Part shown: piece after piece, positions 40,673-53,800 of the stretch
Position numbering within the stretch: position 1 is the first letter of the stretch
Layout: each line of letters opens with the position of its first letter
Assembly: GCA_003344405.1 (NCBI GenBank)
Contig: NOWV01000215.1
Coordinates: 1 to 64,000 of the forward strand
Direction: 5' to 3'
DNA length: 64,000 bases
Source of the DNA: Trichoplax sp. H2
Taxonomy: Eukaryota
Notes under the pieces: model-generated
What the model was told of the DNA's origin: nothing
Database searches by the model: none
Seen by the model: the letters and a program-made list of their open reading frames with translations, nothing else
Made by a program: the position numbers and the translations under genes

Positions 40673-41010
40673 GCATCAAGCGTATCGTACGATTTTTTAC
40701 TGTCCAGCCATGCGGACGTACAGGGTACAGTAACTGATACTGGTACTGTACATTTACTGTACTGTACTGTAGTAAACAACTTTTGTTGAAACCATCCACC
40801 AAGCTTTTGATAGCCACTACTCAGGGACTACTCCAAAGAAGAGAAGGACATTTTTTGCAGCTTTCGGCCGTGTCCCGCCCTTTCTCTTCTTTCGAGTACA
40901 ATATTTTTAATAATTGATTGTCGGTGTGAATATTTTTCAAATAATTAATTATAAGCTTTTTCGAGACTTATAACATTACAGTCAGTATTTTGGAAATCAG
41001 ATGAATCTAC

Positions 41011-41053
41011 GTACAGTACAGTACAGTACAGTACAGTACAGTACAGTACAGTA
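41011..41053. repeat. Perfect (GTACA)8 microsatellite
   Basis: Eight exact GTACA units plus GTA, ~200 bp upstream of the ORF at 41253. Confidence 0.95.
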
Positions 41054-41252
41054 GAATCAGAACTTTAGAATTTAGAACTTAGAATTTGGTACTGTAGCAA
41101 ATCATCTTTGCACTGTAGACTGACCATGCCGAACGGTGAGGTGATTTGGATACGACAGATTAACTTGATTTCACTCGTACAGATCATAGCTTGAAAAATA
41201 GATTCCGTTTTCGGTAGAGCATACAATATTTTCAAGATTCTTCATTTCAACG

Positions 41253-43253
41253 ATGATAGTCAATTCTGTACCGCTACTTCTACCAATTATTTTTTTAGCC
41301 ATATTGCAAATACCTATGGCTCGCTCGGTTTGTGATGTAATATTCACTAATCGATCCTCAGAAGATGGAATGGGAAATGATACCATTAGTAAGCTTAACA
41401 ATAATCGTTATCACTTGATTAACTTACCTTTAAATTATCACGTAACTGTTCATATGGATGTTGATAACGGAACACGGAATATAACTCGCATCAACTATTT
41501 TATAGCAAATCTATATAAAAGTAACGCGCAAAATTTTGTGAGGCTTCCAATCGAATACAGAAGGCTTTTAAGTGGATTGATAAGATTTCTTTTAGGTGTT
41601 AGAAGCAGTAAGGATATACTCAGGATAGATGTTCAACTTGCATGTGGCAATGAGAGTTGTGACGAAATTTTTAAGGACAGTTGCCAGGGTGTACCGAAGC
41701 AGGCCGTAGAAATCATGGCTGACTATTGGTTGCATAAGTTTCAAATTAATTACAAGTCAGACGTACAGTATGTTGATAAAAAACTATGTATTCGTATGGA
41801 TTCGAATTGCTCTCTTTATTGCAAGGAACATAATGGGCCTACCAAAATGGAAGAAGACAAGAGCCTGTCCCCAATTGGCGTATTGTTGATATATACAGCC
41901 TCTGTTTTGCTGCTCTTCAGATTCATTCTCTCGGTTTTCATGCATCCCACAAGTCCAAGTACGGCCATTATACAAGGTGAACAAATGATTTGTACATCTC
42001 AATCACTTTCTCTCAGAGATACTTTGAAGCTAGTGACTTATCATTATATTCCTGAGGGACAACATTATCAAGTACTACTCTTCCATTTGATAATAACTTC
42101 GATATCGATAATTGAATACTTTACTGGAGCGCTAGCTAGTTTTAGAGCATATAATTTTCGAATGTGGATTGAAGGTTTTTGGTTCAACTCACCACGATTC
42201 TTTATTTGGACTATAATTATCTTCGTTAATACCTTACAAGGCATCATCGTTGCTGTCATTGCTGCTATAAGAAAAAAAAATGTACAACATTGTAACGACT
42301 ACAAGAAAGCGAGTGATGATTGGTTTGCAACTTTTATTCATAAAGGATTCTTTTACAAAATTCTGTATTGGCTACAGTTGCACGTATTTATTTTCGCTAT
42401 TTCTTTCAAAGTCAATGACTTTAACATAAAATCCAATCGCTTTTATAAATATTTTCTAACAATCTATTTTACGATGACATTCCTAACAATATCTTACGAA
42501 TTAGTGGATTTTGGTTTTATTGTTCTAGGTGCCATCATCTATGTCACTTCCTTTCAAAACACATCGATACCTTATCTTATAATCGGGTTACCGTTGAATA
42601 TCGTTTTAATTGCTTTAATTCAAAATCACTTAGGTCAAAGACGATACTTGTTAGACTTATTCAACAAAGTGAATGCAACAGATATTCCAGTATATATTAA
42701 AACTAATCAAAGACAAAACAAAGTCTTGATGAAAGTTTCTCGTAACGCAGTTCCGTTCACTAAACAGTTAGAACATTTCTTCCGACAGAAAAAAACTGGA
42801 AAAGATGTTACAAATGAGTATTTTATATTTAACGAAAGAAGTTCTGATGAAACAATAAGCGAATTAGCTGAGATAATACATTGGAAGGATGTTGGATCAA
42901 ACTTTGAAATTGTTGAAAATTGGAACGGTGACAAGTGGATAAGATCATCTATTTATAAATCAGCAGTTGACGCTTCAGGTATTGCAAGTGTAAAAAAACT
43001 GTTTGTAGACTGTCTTATTCTAGTATGTATTGAAATTGCCTATTTTTTAATAGTATCTATAGTCAACGATGAAAACATCGATTCAGTACGCAGTATTATT
43101 GGTGGTGTATTAATACCTTATATTTCTATAGTTGTTGCTATTTTTATTACACGTACATCTACAAATGAAACATCTGATAAAAGAACTATCTGTAAACTTA
43201 TAGCTAAAGACATAGATTATTTAAAAGCAACAGCTATTGTATCCGAAGTGTAA
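41253..43253 (+). CDS. Intronless 666-aa multipass membrane protein of unknown function
   Basis: 2-kb uninterrupted ORF with a signal-peptide-like start, a Cys- and N-glycosylation-sequon-containing N-terminal region, and roughly 8-9 hydrophobic segments with a long polar loop before the last two. Confidence 0.85.
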   Translation: MIVNSVPLLLPIIFLAILQIPMARSVCDVIFTNRSSEDGMGNDTISKLNNNRYHLINLPLNYHVTVHMDVDNGTRNITRINYFIANLYKSNAQNFVRLPIEYRRLLSGLIRFLLGVRSSKDILRIDVQLACGNESCDEIFKDSCQGVPKQAVEIMADYWLHKFQINYKSDVQYVDKKLCIRMDSNCSLYCKEHNGPTKMEEDKSLSPIGVLLIYTASVLLLFRFILSVFMHPTSPSTAIIQGEQMICTSQSLSLRDTLKLVTYHYIPEGQHYQVLLFHLIITSISIIEYFTGALASFRAYNFRMWIEGFWFNSPRFFIWTIIIFVNTLQGIIVAVIAAIRKKNVQHCNDYKKASDDWFATFIHKGFFYKILYWLQLHVFIFAISFKVNDFNIKSNRFYKYFLTIYFTMTFLTISYELVDFGFIVLGAIIYVTSFQNTSIPYLIIGLPLNIVLIALIQNHLGQRRYLLDLFNKVNATDIPVYIKTNQRQNKVLMKVSRNAVPFTKQLEHFFRQKKTGKDVTNEYFIFNERSSDETISELAEIIHWKDVGSNFEIVENWNGDKWIRSSIYKSAVDASGIASVKKLFVDCLILVCIEIAYFLIVSIVNDENIDSVRSIIGGVLIPYISIVVAIFITRTSTNETSDKRTICKLIAKDIDYLKATAIVSEV

Positions 43254-44379
43254 TTCAAGAAATTGGAAAATCTTCTAAGTTTTTAGATAAAATGAAGCTT
43301 CGGTGAACGTATATTGATAGATGCTTTTTACCTATTTGAAAGTAAAGTATGTTTATACATAATTATAGATTGCCCGTAATATGTAATATTTAGATTGTAC
43401 TACAGTGTAAATGTCTTACTATAGGCATTTAATATTGTTCTTAAATTCTGATTTGGTATCTATTGTATCTAATGCTACGATAGTATTTCCTGCATGCATT
43501 CTATTCCTAAAGCTCTAAATACCATCGCTTTCCGCCTTAGAAATCATTAATTACAATAGTTACAATGTTCGTATTTCCTTACGTTACTTCACGACAGTTT
43601 ACATACTGCTCTACTGTAACTACCACATTGTGCACCATTATCGTCTACAATAAAGCCACCTTTTCTTCTTCATGCTAAAACCCTTGTGTATTTCTCTGCA
43701 TCGCAACTAAATCTGGTACTGGTGACTCATTGAAGCCTCCATCACGAACGATAGTTCTAAGAGGAACTGTTACTGCTTGCTTTTGCTTTGGATTAAATCG
43801 TATTTAATCGTATTACAAAGCAGAATATTTTAAGATCGGAGAATGCTCATCTTTGTCGCATATAAACTACTCCTGTAATTACGCGTATGGCTGATAGAGC
43901 TACTGTTGTAGCCGATAGTCACACAAGTCAATATCTCAATTTGTGTAACTCGAATTTTGTTCCAAATAACTGTTAATAAGTTCAATTAATGCTTGATTGA
44001 ATATCAAATAAGACTTAAAAATAGGTAAGCCAGTGTTGGGTTAATGAATTAGCTTCCGGTTAGAATTACTAGTACTGTATATTGTCGATTAGTCCGGTAT
44101 ACTGTCATTTACTGTACAGTAGTTATACTATAACTAGTATGAAATCTGTCGCGTTGCTGACGGATGAACACCTTAATTAGGAATCTGCAAGACATTGAGA
44201 TTTTAGATGCTGATTGTCTAAAGCTACTGGTAGTAATGCTATCCTGAACTGCCTCTTTGCCCAACTGTTGAATAACACTGTGCACTTATTTATACATTTG
44301 TTAGCAAGAATATAAAATTCAAGAGCAATTATAGGGCGGGACGGTGAGATTACAAATCCGTCCGTAATCGGTCCGAAAT

Positions 44380-44445
44380 ACGGTACTGACGTATAGTGTA
44401 CAGTACTGTATACTGTATAGTGTTAATAGATACTGTACTGTACAT
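44380..44445. repeat. TACAG/CTGTA array upstream of REV3 copy 1 (more at 44072-44125; GC box GGGCGGGAC at 44334-44342)
   Basis: GTGTACAGTACTGTATACTGTATAG...TACTGTACTGTAC. Confidence 0.7.
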
Positions 44446-44882
44446 CAAAATAACAACACTGGTTCTATCCAATCTTCGTGAATTAAAGTTTGCTACTGTT
44501 GCACTCTTCCAAGTTGGTTCTAACCTGATCATTATTGTTATTATTACCTGGTAATCATTACTTTTTCTACTACTGTATCGATAAATTGGATAACTAGATA
44601 CTGGAACTAGATACTGGAACTGAGCTGTCTTTCTCTTCCTTTATGGTAATTATGGTACAGTGGGATTGATGTTGAAATTATTTTTATTATTCAGATTAAT
44701 GATAATATCAGTTATCCTTCCAAGAATGCATTGAAATCCAGTTGATGTCGATCCAATTGATGTATATTGCAAAATTTCAACGCCTTGTATGCTTAGAATA
44801 GGATTTACTTAGGACAATGCTATATAAAAAAGACACAGGCTCAAGGACCTAGTAAGATAAACCAGCTCAGTTAAGATCGACC

Positions 44883-47800
44883 ATGTTTTCAAGTAGAATT
44901 GTCGCTGCTGATTTTTACCTCGCCAAACCCATTCAAAAATTGGATGCATGTTACTCGGATTTTCGACGATGCCCAACCAAACGAGTTCCGGTCGTTCGAA
45001 TATTTGGTGCTACACCGGCTGGCCAAAAGACTTGCCTTCATGTACATGGCGTTTTCCCCTATCTTTATGTCCCTTATGATGGTAGTCTGCCTGTTAGTAA
45101 ATACTTATTAGAGTTTGCTAATAGCATCGATAAAGCTATTCATGTCGCTACCGGTGTCAAATCAACCGATCAGGATACATCGAATATGGCTTGGCAACAA
45201 GTCGTTTTTAAAATAGCCATCGTCAATGGAATGTAAGAATCAAATTGATTACTAATAATGTGCTACAGGTTTCTATATGGTACTATCGTAAGACTAATGT
45301 ATTGTATATTACTGTCGTGTTCTTTACTTGACTACTGTATCTGAAGTGCATACTTCAGTGCAGTTTGAAAGAATTTCGAGCAAACTGCTATTCTAGACTC
45401 ATTTTGTTATTGCTATTCTGCAGGCCCATGTATGGATACTACAACGAAGAAAAACAGTTTATGAAGATTTATTTATATAATCCAAATCTAGTAGGGAAGT
45501 AAGTTAGAACGATCTCGGATAGTTTTGTGTAAAAAGGATACCAAGTACAGACATGCAGTTACTCTGTGCTTCATATATCGAATGTAATATGCTCGCTTCT
45601 TACGCTTCAATAGGCTAAGGTAAAGAGTTACGTTATGTTCTTTGCATATATGGTACCCATGACATTGAGCTAATGCCACTTTGAGTCTTTCTGCTGCGTT
45701 GAAAGTTGCAGAATAGACGATAATAATAGATAGCAATTCTAATCAATCGTTCACTTTACCTGTAGTTACATGAAACGTTAGACCTTCGTATTAAGAATGG
45801 TAGACAACTTTTGACCTAGTGAACTGATATTTATTAATTATTGTAACAGGGTTGCAGAGTTATTATTAGCCGGTGCTATCATGAATAAAGTCTTTCAACC
45901 GCACGAATCGCATATTCCATTCATTTTGCAAGTAAGTCACAATATGACTCAACTGATTGTATTGGAAAATGGTTGCTTAATAACATTAATGATGATTCCA
46001 GTAAATATCAGTTAAGAATACTTACTAATTTTTGTGTTGCAGTTTTTCATCGATTATAATTTATATGGGATGAACTTAATCAAGCTTGCTGTTGTTAAAT
46101 TTCGCGCCCCATTGAATGAAGATAGTGAGTATTTCAGAATTGATTTAGTACTAATCGATTTCTAATCGGCCATAATAGGATAGTTTTCTCAGCATAATAA
46201 ATATCGTACCAAATATTATAGGCATTCACTATATTAGCCCTGTAGGTGAAACACCTCGTACTCCCATGATGTCTTCCTCGGCAGTAACTGGATACTCTCC
46301 TTATCGTAGCCCTGGACATAGAATTTGGAACAACGCATCCATTCCAGCGTAATTGACTAGCATTGTATAGTTGTTTTAGTCTTTTGCAGAATGTCATTTA
46401 CTAATTCGTGATTTGTATTGCCATGATTCCATCTTTTGATCGTATTAATGTTTCAAAAATGTGTCGATAATTAGGAATCTGATGACATCATACGAAGCTG
46501 AACGAATGAGTACTTGTGAACTGGAAGTCGATTGTGTTGCTGCAGATATTATTAACAGGCTAGACTTGGAAGGTGACTGTAATTAAAAGGGCTTTCATTA
46601 TCTTGAATTTTGATAATGTGTTTCTGGTGTTTAAGCTACTGTTTAAAATTACTATCTAAAACTTCCATCTGTATTTGGCATAGCTACAAAGGGAATAAAT
46701 CCTGGTATTAAAGCAATATGGGATGACGAAATTCAACGTAGAAAGAATAAAGGCGAATCCTCACAGCTAACGCCGCCGGCTTCTCAAGGTAAAATTGATT
46801 AAAGTGACCATTAGTTTGTCTATTTTTCGTGGTGTAATTATTAGGTGCTATGGCAGTGGTAATGAATGTTTAACATTACTTTGTTTTCATTTTGCAAGAG
46901 CGCTGCCCAACTTACGAAGACTCATCTGAAATAGAATTTAAAAGAATAGTTGCTGCAGCGATTAAGCAATTTGAAAATGAGCAAAGGTAGCGAACTGACA
47001 ATTGTATATCTGACGAAATTAGCATATGTTCGGTCTAGGTAATTTATTGGAAACTTGTTCAGCAATCTTCGTATAATGTGAACTTTACTCGGTTATGTTT
47101 TAGCCAGCAGGATGCGAATGTCAGCTTGGATAGTGATCAGTTAGAATTATCGCAAATCGGTTCTACCCCTTCCTGTCAAATTGAGATTCACTCGACAAGT
47201 TTGAACTCCAATAAAGGTATTGCTAGCTGTAGGAATAATATAAAATTAAAACATTGGGCAAATAATTCTTAAATTATGCAGCTTTGATATAAATTTTTGT
47301 TGTGAATCCGGACTTTAGAAGTCAACTCCATAATTGAGCATACTGACTCTGCGATCAATGATAATGCTGTAGGAGAAACTGACGTATCTTATCGGCGTAA
47401 GATCCTCCGTTAAACTTTTGTGTCTATTATTTATTACTAACATGTGTTTGTGGTATGCAATTATATGGTAAACTTTCGAAAACTTGTCTTTATAGGGTCC
47501 GAAGTTTCAATGGACTCTGAACTGGTGGATCTTTTAGCCCATCTTGGCAGTAGTAACGACACTAATAGCCTATTTAGCAGTAGCCAATTAAATGATATAA
47601 ATTCACAAGATGAAGTTAGCATTTTCAGCGGAAGTGGTAGAATGGAAGTAGATGCTAGTAAAGAAGACAATGAATTGATAAAATGTGATGATGACGATGA
47701 AGCGTTGTTAATGTCGCAGATTTGGACGTTAGATGCTTTTAACAATAACGATACTGTTGTTAACACCGGTGTACAAAGGTAAATATCGTGTCTCAAATTA

Positions 47801-50800
47801 CTGTTGCTTTGCATGCTTATCCAATGCACATTGTTTTTATTTTGCTAACGGTCAATCGAAAGGTGAAAAATATAACAATTCTGTGTAATTTGTCTAGTAT
47901 TGCAGTAGACAGCGAGCGATCTTTTTCGTTTGTGGAAGAAAATACGCTTATAGAACAACTTGATGGTGAGGATGATTCTGATAAAGAAGTAGAAAAGAAT
48001 ACAGCAAAATCGTTAAAGTTGAAATCAAATCGAAAAACTAACGAATGCGGTAATTCTATGACAAGAAATGTGAGCGGTACCACATCAGGTTTGAATATTT
48101 TACTAACCTAGTCTAGCTGATGTACTATTACGTAGTCACATATATTATTGTACCCACAGTGAATGAGTATAATACATTGATCCTGAGCTAAGATAGAACG
48201 AATACTTCAGTACAATTGTAATACTGGAGTTTGTATCCTAACATGGCTAGAAATGGAATTAGGATTAATTGAGCGCTTTCCTACACAAGCTGTGATTATT
48301 CCTATAATAATTTAGAAATTTTGTGTATAGATGTTATTAAATCTAAAAGGAAATATATAGTCAACGATGACCAAATGGAAACGAACCTGACAAACGTCAA
48401 GAAGAAAGTTGCAAGAAATTTATACAACGACTTTTCTGTTGATGAGAAAGCAAGAAAGACGGAAGAGATTACGGTGAACCAATCAAATAATTCCTCAGAA
48501 GTCATAAAACATGGAACGGAGATGAAAGTTAATTTTGGTTCCAATTCTTTTTATATTTACTTAAATGATATGGGCATTAATACCGATACTTTAGGTTATG
48601 AATTGAAGACAGCTAATAAAATAGAATCTAATCAAGAAGAATTAGTGAAGAATCTTTCAGCTGCTGTAACACCATTTGTGCAATGCAACCTTAACAGCGA
48701 GAACAATCTGAGCAATGATATCGATCATACTTTAATCTCAGAAAATAAGTTATCGGTTATCGAAGATACTATTAGCCACGATAAGATTGGAGAAAATAGA
48801 AGTTTCGTTGACGATAGTAGTGATATCGAAACAAACACGTGTGATGTCTTGTATAAATTATCATTTTTATCGCCTACTTACCCTATGAGTCCTACCGAGA
48901 CACCACCAAGACCATCTACTCCAGATTTTGGTATAGATAGCTTAGCAGTTGGAGGTTATGTGGATGTTGACAGATTGAATGATATGCCACTGAAATCAAA
49001 TGAAAATAGCGCATCTTTTGTGTCGGTAAAAGTGGAAAGACAAGATGATGATGCTTCTGGCAACTTTGATCTGCGTCCTGGCTTAGACAGCACAGTTACT
49101 GAAACATCAATAGAATTAAAGCCAGCCAAAAGTTCTCTACCAGTAGCAGTATCAGCTATTACAAATGAAGATAAACTTCAAGTAGTTAAGCTGGATGTAC
49201 GACCTGGATTCATCAATGACTGTGAAAGTGCTCAGAAGGAGATAGATGGAGGCGAAATTTCGGGGCGATTATTATCTATGACGAAAGATTGCGAGGACGT
49301 CACGGTAGCGATGGAAATACCATCAAAAGAAGATTTTGATACACAGAAGAATCTTCAAGCTACGATAGGACATAGTTCTTCGTCAAATCCGTATGATTAT
49401 GAAAATGATGCAGAAGAGAAGGGAAAGATGGAAAAAAATGTTGAGAATTTTCTTGTAAATTATCAGCAATTAAAGGATGTTTGTGATAATTCACTGAAAG
49501 ATCAATGTAATGTACTTAAATATTATTACAATCCACCGCAGCGACATGAGATCAGTAGTACTCTATCAGACTACGGGCTACCTCATGCCAAGTATCAAGA
49601 ACCATTTTATAGCAACGCGGAAGACTTACCAAATATGTCTATGTAAGCGAAGTACATATTAAAGAACGATGTTATATCGACCTAATGTTATGTAATGATT
49701 CTAGTTTAACTAACTCTGCTTTTTGATTTTTCTACAGGGAAGTAGGGAGTATGGCGTTAAAAGTCAAATCATGTATAGTAAGTATGGTATCATTTTCAAT
49801 TGTTGTTCTAAATAGATCAGATTGTTGATAATTTTTTTAATAAATTGGCAGATAGAAAATCTGACTGAATTTGATACTGGGTGCTCGCTTTCGTTTATGT
49901 TGGGTTTAAATCAGTGGCAATCTATTCTATTTATTAATCATCCAAAAGTAGATGAAACATTAGCCCATTTAGCATCTCGGTCTTTACCTGATATAAGTTA
50001 CGAGATGCATAAAAATTTTATTGCTCGCGATGCTATCCTTGGCGATAGAAATGTTATAGTTATCCCAAGCCTAGAACCTCCAACACGAAATAGTGTTGAA
50101 AAGTGGATAACTGATAAAAGTTATGGTATCAAACGAAAGCAATCTTGCATCGTAGACGTTGATAATCTAGACTCCAGTGTAGTTGGCGATGGTGCTAAAA
50201 AGCAGAAATCTGTTCAGTTTGACAAAATATGTCATCAGGTGGGAGATTTTACGCAAGACCCTTCAATGATTAGTGCTATTCTCAATGAGAGTACGCGTGA
50301 AAGCTCATCACCCGCCAGTCAATTATCTGCAAGTACGAAAAATTTAATCACTGATAGTGAGAAGTTCCTGATTCCCTCCCCTTGCTCAAAATCTTCGTTA
50401 TCAAATTCACCTAAAACTGGATCAATAACTGATAATAAACCAATGGTTAATATTGCTGGAGACGCGTACGTCAAAGGAGATTTTAATTGTTCTCCTCGCA
50501 CACCGCTTAGTAAGGAATCAATACATGACAATAACCTCAAATTTAAACCAAAGGATAGAATATTTACTGCCACTGAAATGGTAAAAGAGTTACGCATTAT
50601 TTTTTTATCGTAATATTATCATGTGAATCAGCGTTATACCTTTTGCTTCGATAAATCATGCTAGGACTCTGTACAGAAGTTTGGGCGTCGTTTAGCTGCA
50701 GATTCACAAATTGAAGGCCCATCTCCAAAAAACACATATGACTTTCGTATTAGCCAACATAATCCAGACACTGCGAAGGCTGTTCATGAAGTACATTATT

Positions 50801-53800
50801 CTTGCAATTGACAAAGTACTTGGTTAGACTGTAATTAATTTGAGTTCTGTTTATTAATAGGTACAACATCTAACAATAATGAGCATAGAATTGCATATAG
50901 AAACGAGAGCGAAGCTAAATCCTGATCCGGAATGTGATCCAATACGCGTATTATTCTATCATTTATATCGTGATATTCCACGTAGTTCACATCTTAAGAA
51001 TTCCTTTTCTGGTATGATTATTGTTGATCCAAGCCTGTACGACAGGGAGAGTTCAGTACAAGCTGATTCAAAAGGATCATTCGATATTAAATGTAACGAT
51101 TCAATTACGCTATGTGAAGGTTTCAATTCTGATGATAGTTTATTCACGTCTCCTGATGAGAAGAAGTCTAATCGTAGCGGTCGTGTAATGGACGTATTAA
51201 ATTTAAGTGGTAGAAGTAGAATGCTTGATAAATGTGGCGTGACAAATGCTTGGGTAGAATATGTACCTGATGAAGATAGCCTTTTGAAGTCTTTAGGATT
51301 AGTTATGAAAAGGTGCCTATTAGTAAACTTAACAAAATGTACGATATTAAAATTCCGGATTTTGATATCGCATCCGGCAGCATGTTAATTACCTTGCAAC
51401 TGACATTTAGATGTTTTCCTTCTTTAGTTATAATTTAGTTTCATAAACAATTTTAATTACAATTGTTATTTGTATGTATAGCTGGGATCCGGATATTCTA
51501 ATTGGCTATGAGATTCAAATGCTTTCATGGGGCTATGTATTCGACAGAGCTAAATTTTTGAAAATCGATTTAGCGCCTAGATTGTCGCGTATTCCTGAAC
51601 AAAAAATTAGATCCCAAATTGAGTTAACTGATAATTCACTCGCTCGTTATAAAACAGACTTATTTGTAATCGGTAGAATTTTATTGAATGTGTGGCGAAT
51701 AGTTCGAAGCGAAGTAAGTTTTACATATAATAAAATGTACTGTTTTGACGATTGGGTAAATGGTATGCTATTCATGTATCATTAAGGATAATGGATAACC
51801 ATTTTAATTGACTTCAGGTTACATTGAATATTTATACATTTGAAAATGTTTCATACCATGTATTACATCAAAGGGTGCCTCATTATTCCTTTGAAACATT
51901 GACGGAATATTTTAATCAAGACTCTCACAGGTAAATGCGAATATCTGTTAAAATCCTATAGGATATAGGCGTTAGTAAGCCAAGAGTAGATTTGTACATT
52001 TTCGGTATGTAATATCTGTTGGCTCTTATAGGTGGAAGACAATTGAATATTATCTAATGCGCTGTCGGAGCAATTTTTTATTGTTGAATGAATTGGATAC
52101 GGTCGGTTTAACTAGTGAATTTGCAAGACTTTTTGGAATTCCGTTTTATTCCGTTTTATCAAGGGGAAGTCAAGTAAGACTGGAAAAGCAATATGAACAT
52201 CACATTAAAAACACTATATCGATCTTATGGGATACACAGAATGATATCTTCTCCAATTTTAATAATTTAGTTCCGAGTAGAATCCATGATGTTGCGAATT
52301 GCAAAGCCGATGAATTATATAGCAGTGTCACCAAGCCCTGATCAAAGAGCTATGTATGTAACAGGACTGTTCTAATTTTTATGTATTATAATTAATCTAA
52401 CTACGATTTCAGGATGAGAGCTCCGGAAGTGATATCCTTGATTTTGGAGCCTGAATCTCGTTTTTACTCAGATCCGGTTGTGGTTTTAGATTTTCAGTCC
52501 TTATACCCATCAATAATTATAGCTTACAATTACTGCTTTTCAACTTGCCTGGGAAATGTCAAGAATATTATCACGTTCGTGACGCACAGCAATATCTTAA
52601 TCGCAGATATAGTTGACTATTGTATGAAAACTATAATTAAGTTTATCTATAAATTAATCTGCGTATTTTTAATATTGATAAAAGAGACGAAAGTAGGCAA
52701 TTTGGTTGTACTACATTGCGTGTACCTTTAGCAACCATGAAGGTAACGATCGTGCACTATTTTACTTCATGTTTTAATCCTCACTGTTATTTATCTGTAT
52801 TACATTAGACTTTTGTTATAAACTAATTGTACAGTATTAATATTGACATGTATAGAAAATTAAAGAAGACTACACTGTCTCACCGACGGGACTCGCCTTT
52901 GTTAAAAGTAACATCCGTAAAGGGGTACTACCAAGGTACAGTAGTAGCAATGCAACATTAAGGGAGCATAACTAACGTCATTGCTAGCTGCTATTGATTT
53001 ATTTACTATTTGCAAATGATATAATGTAGAATGCTAGAGGAAATCTTAAATACTCGTGTTATGGTAAAAGGAGCTATGAAAAAAAACAAAGGAGATAAGG
53101 TAAGTCTGCCATTAATACATCATATTACCTTGCAAGATTTGGGTTATAACTTTAGATCGACGAATTTTGGCATTAGGCCTTAGAACGTCTTCTAAATGCG
53201 AGGCAGCTAGGATTGAAATTAATTTCTAATGTGACTTATGGTTATACTTCGGCCAACTTTTCAGGACGTATGCCTTGTGTTGAGGTTATTAAGCATTAGA
53301 TAACAAACCTTTTATGATCTTGACACCCCTAAAATGCTACTATTCTTACATTGTAAATTAAGACATGAATGCAATCTTAATAAATGTAATTTCGAATTGA
53401 AGATTGGCGATAGTATCGTAGCTAAGGCTCGAGAGACTTTAACCCGTGCGATACACTTGGTAGAAAATACTCCCGAATGGAAAGCAAAAGTTGTTTATGG
53501 AGATACAGATAGGTATGCTACTATTTCTTAGTTGAATCAAGTAAGTACAGTAGCTAAATGTTGAAACTCACTTGATTTCAAACAGCACTAGGCAACTGAA
53601 TATTTTCTGTTTTTGCATACGTATTCTGTAGCATGTTCATTTTACTTGAGGGTGCCACTAAGGATGAGGCCTTTCGTATTGGTAGAGAAATTACGAAACG
53701 GGTTACGGAACTAAATCCTGTACCGGTTAAATTAAAGTTTGAAAAGGTCTAAGTTACTTTCAGTACTTGCGTACGAGATGTTAGTCTAGTATTATTATTC

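Larger units (their letters stand above)
40288..40811. repeat. 47-bp inverted repeat pair (40288-40334 and 40765-40811) enclosing tRNA-His and TACAG arrays
   Basis: The reverse complement of the left arm ATCAAAAGCTTGGTGGATGGTCTCAAGCAAAGTTGTTTACTACAGTA matches the right arm at 44 of 47 positions. Confidence 0.9.
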
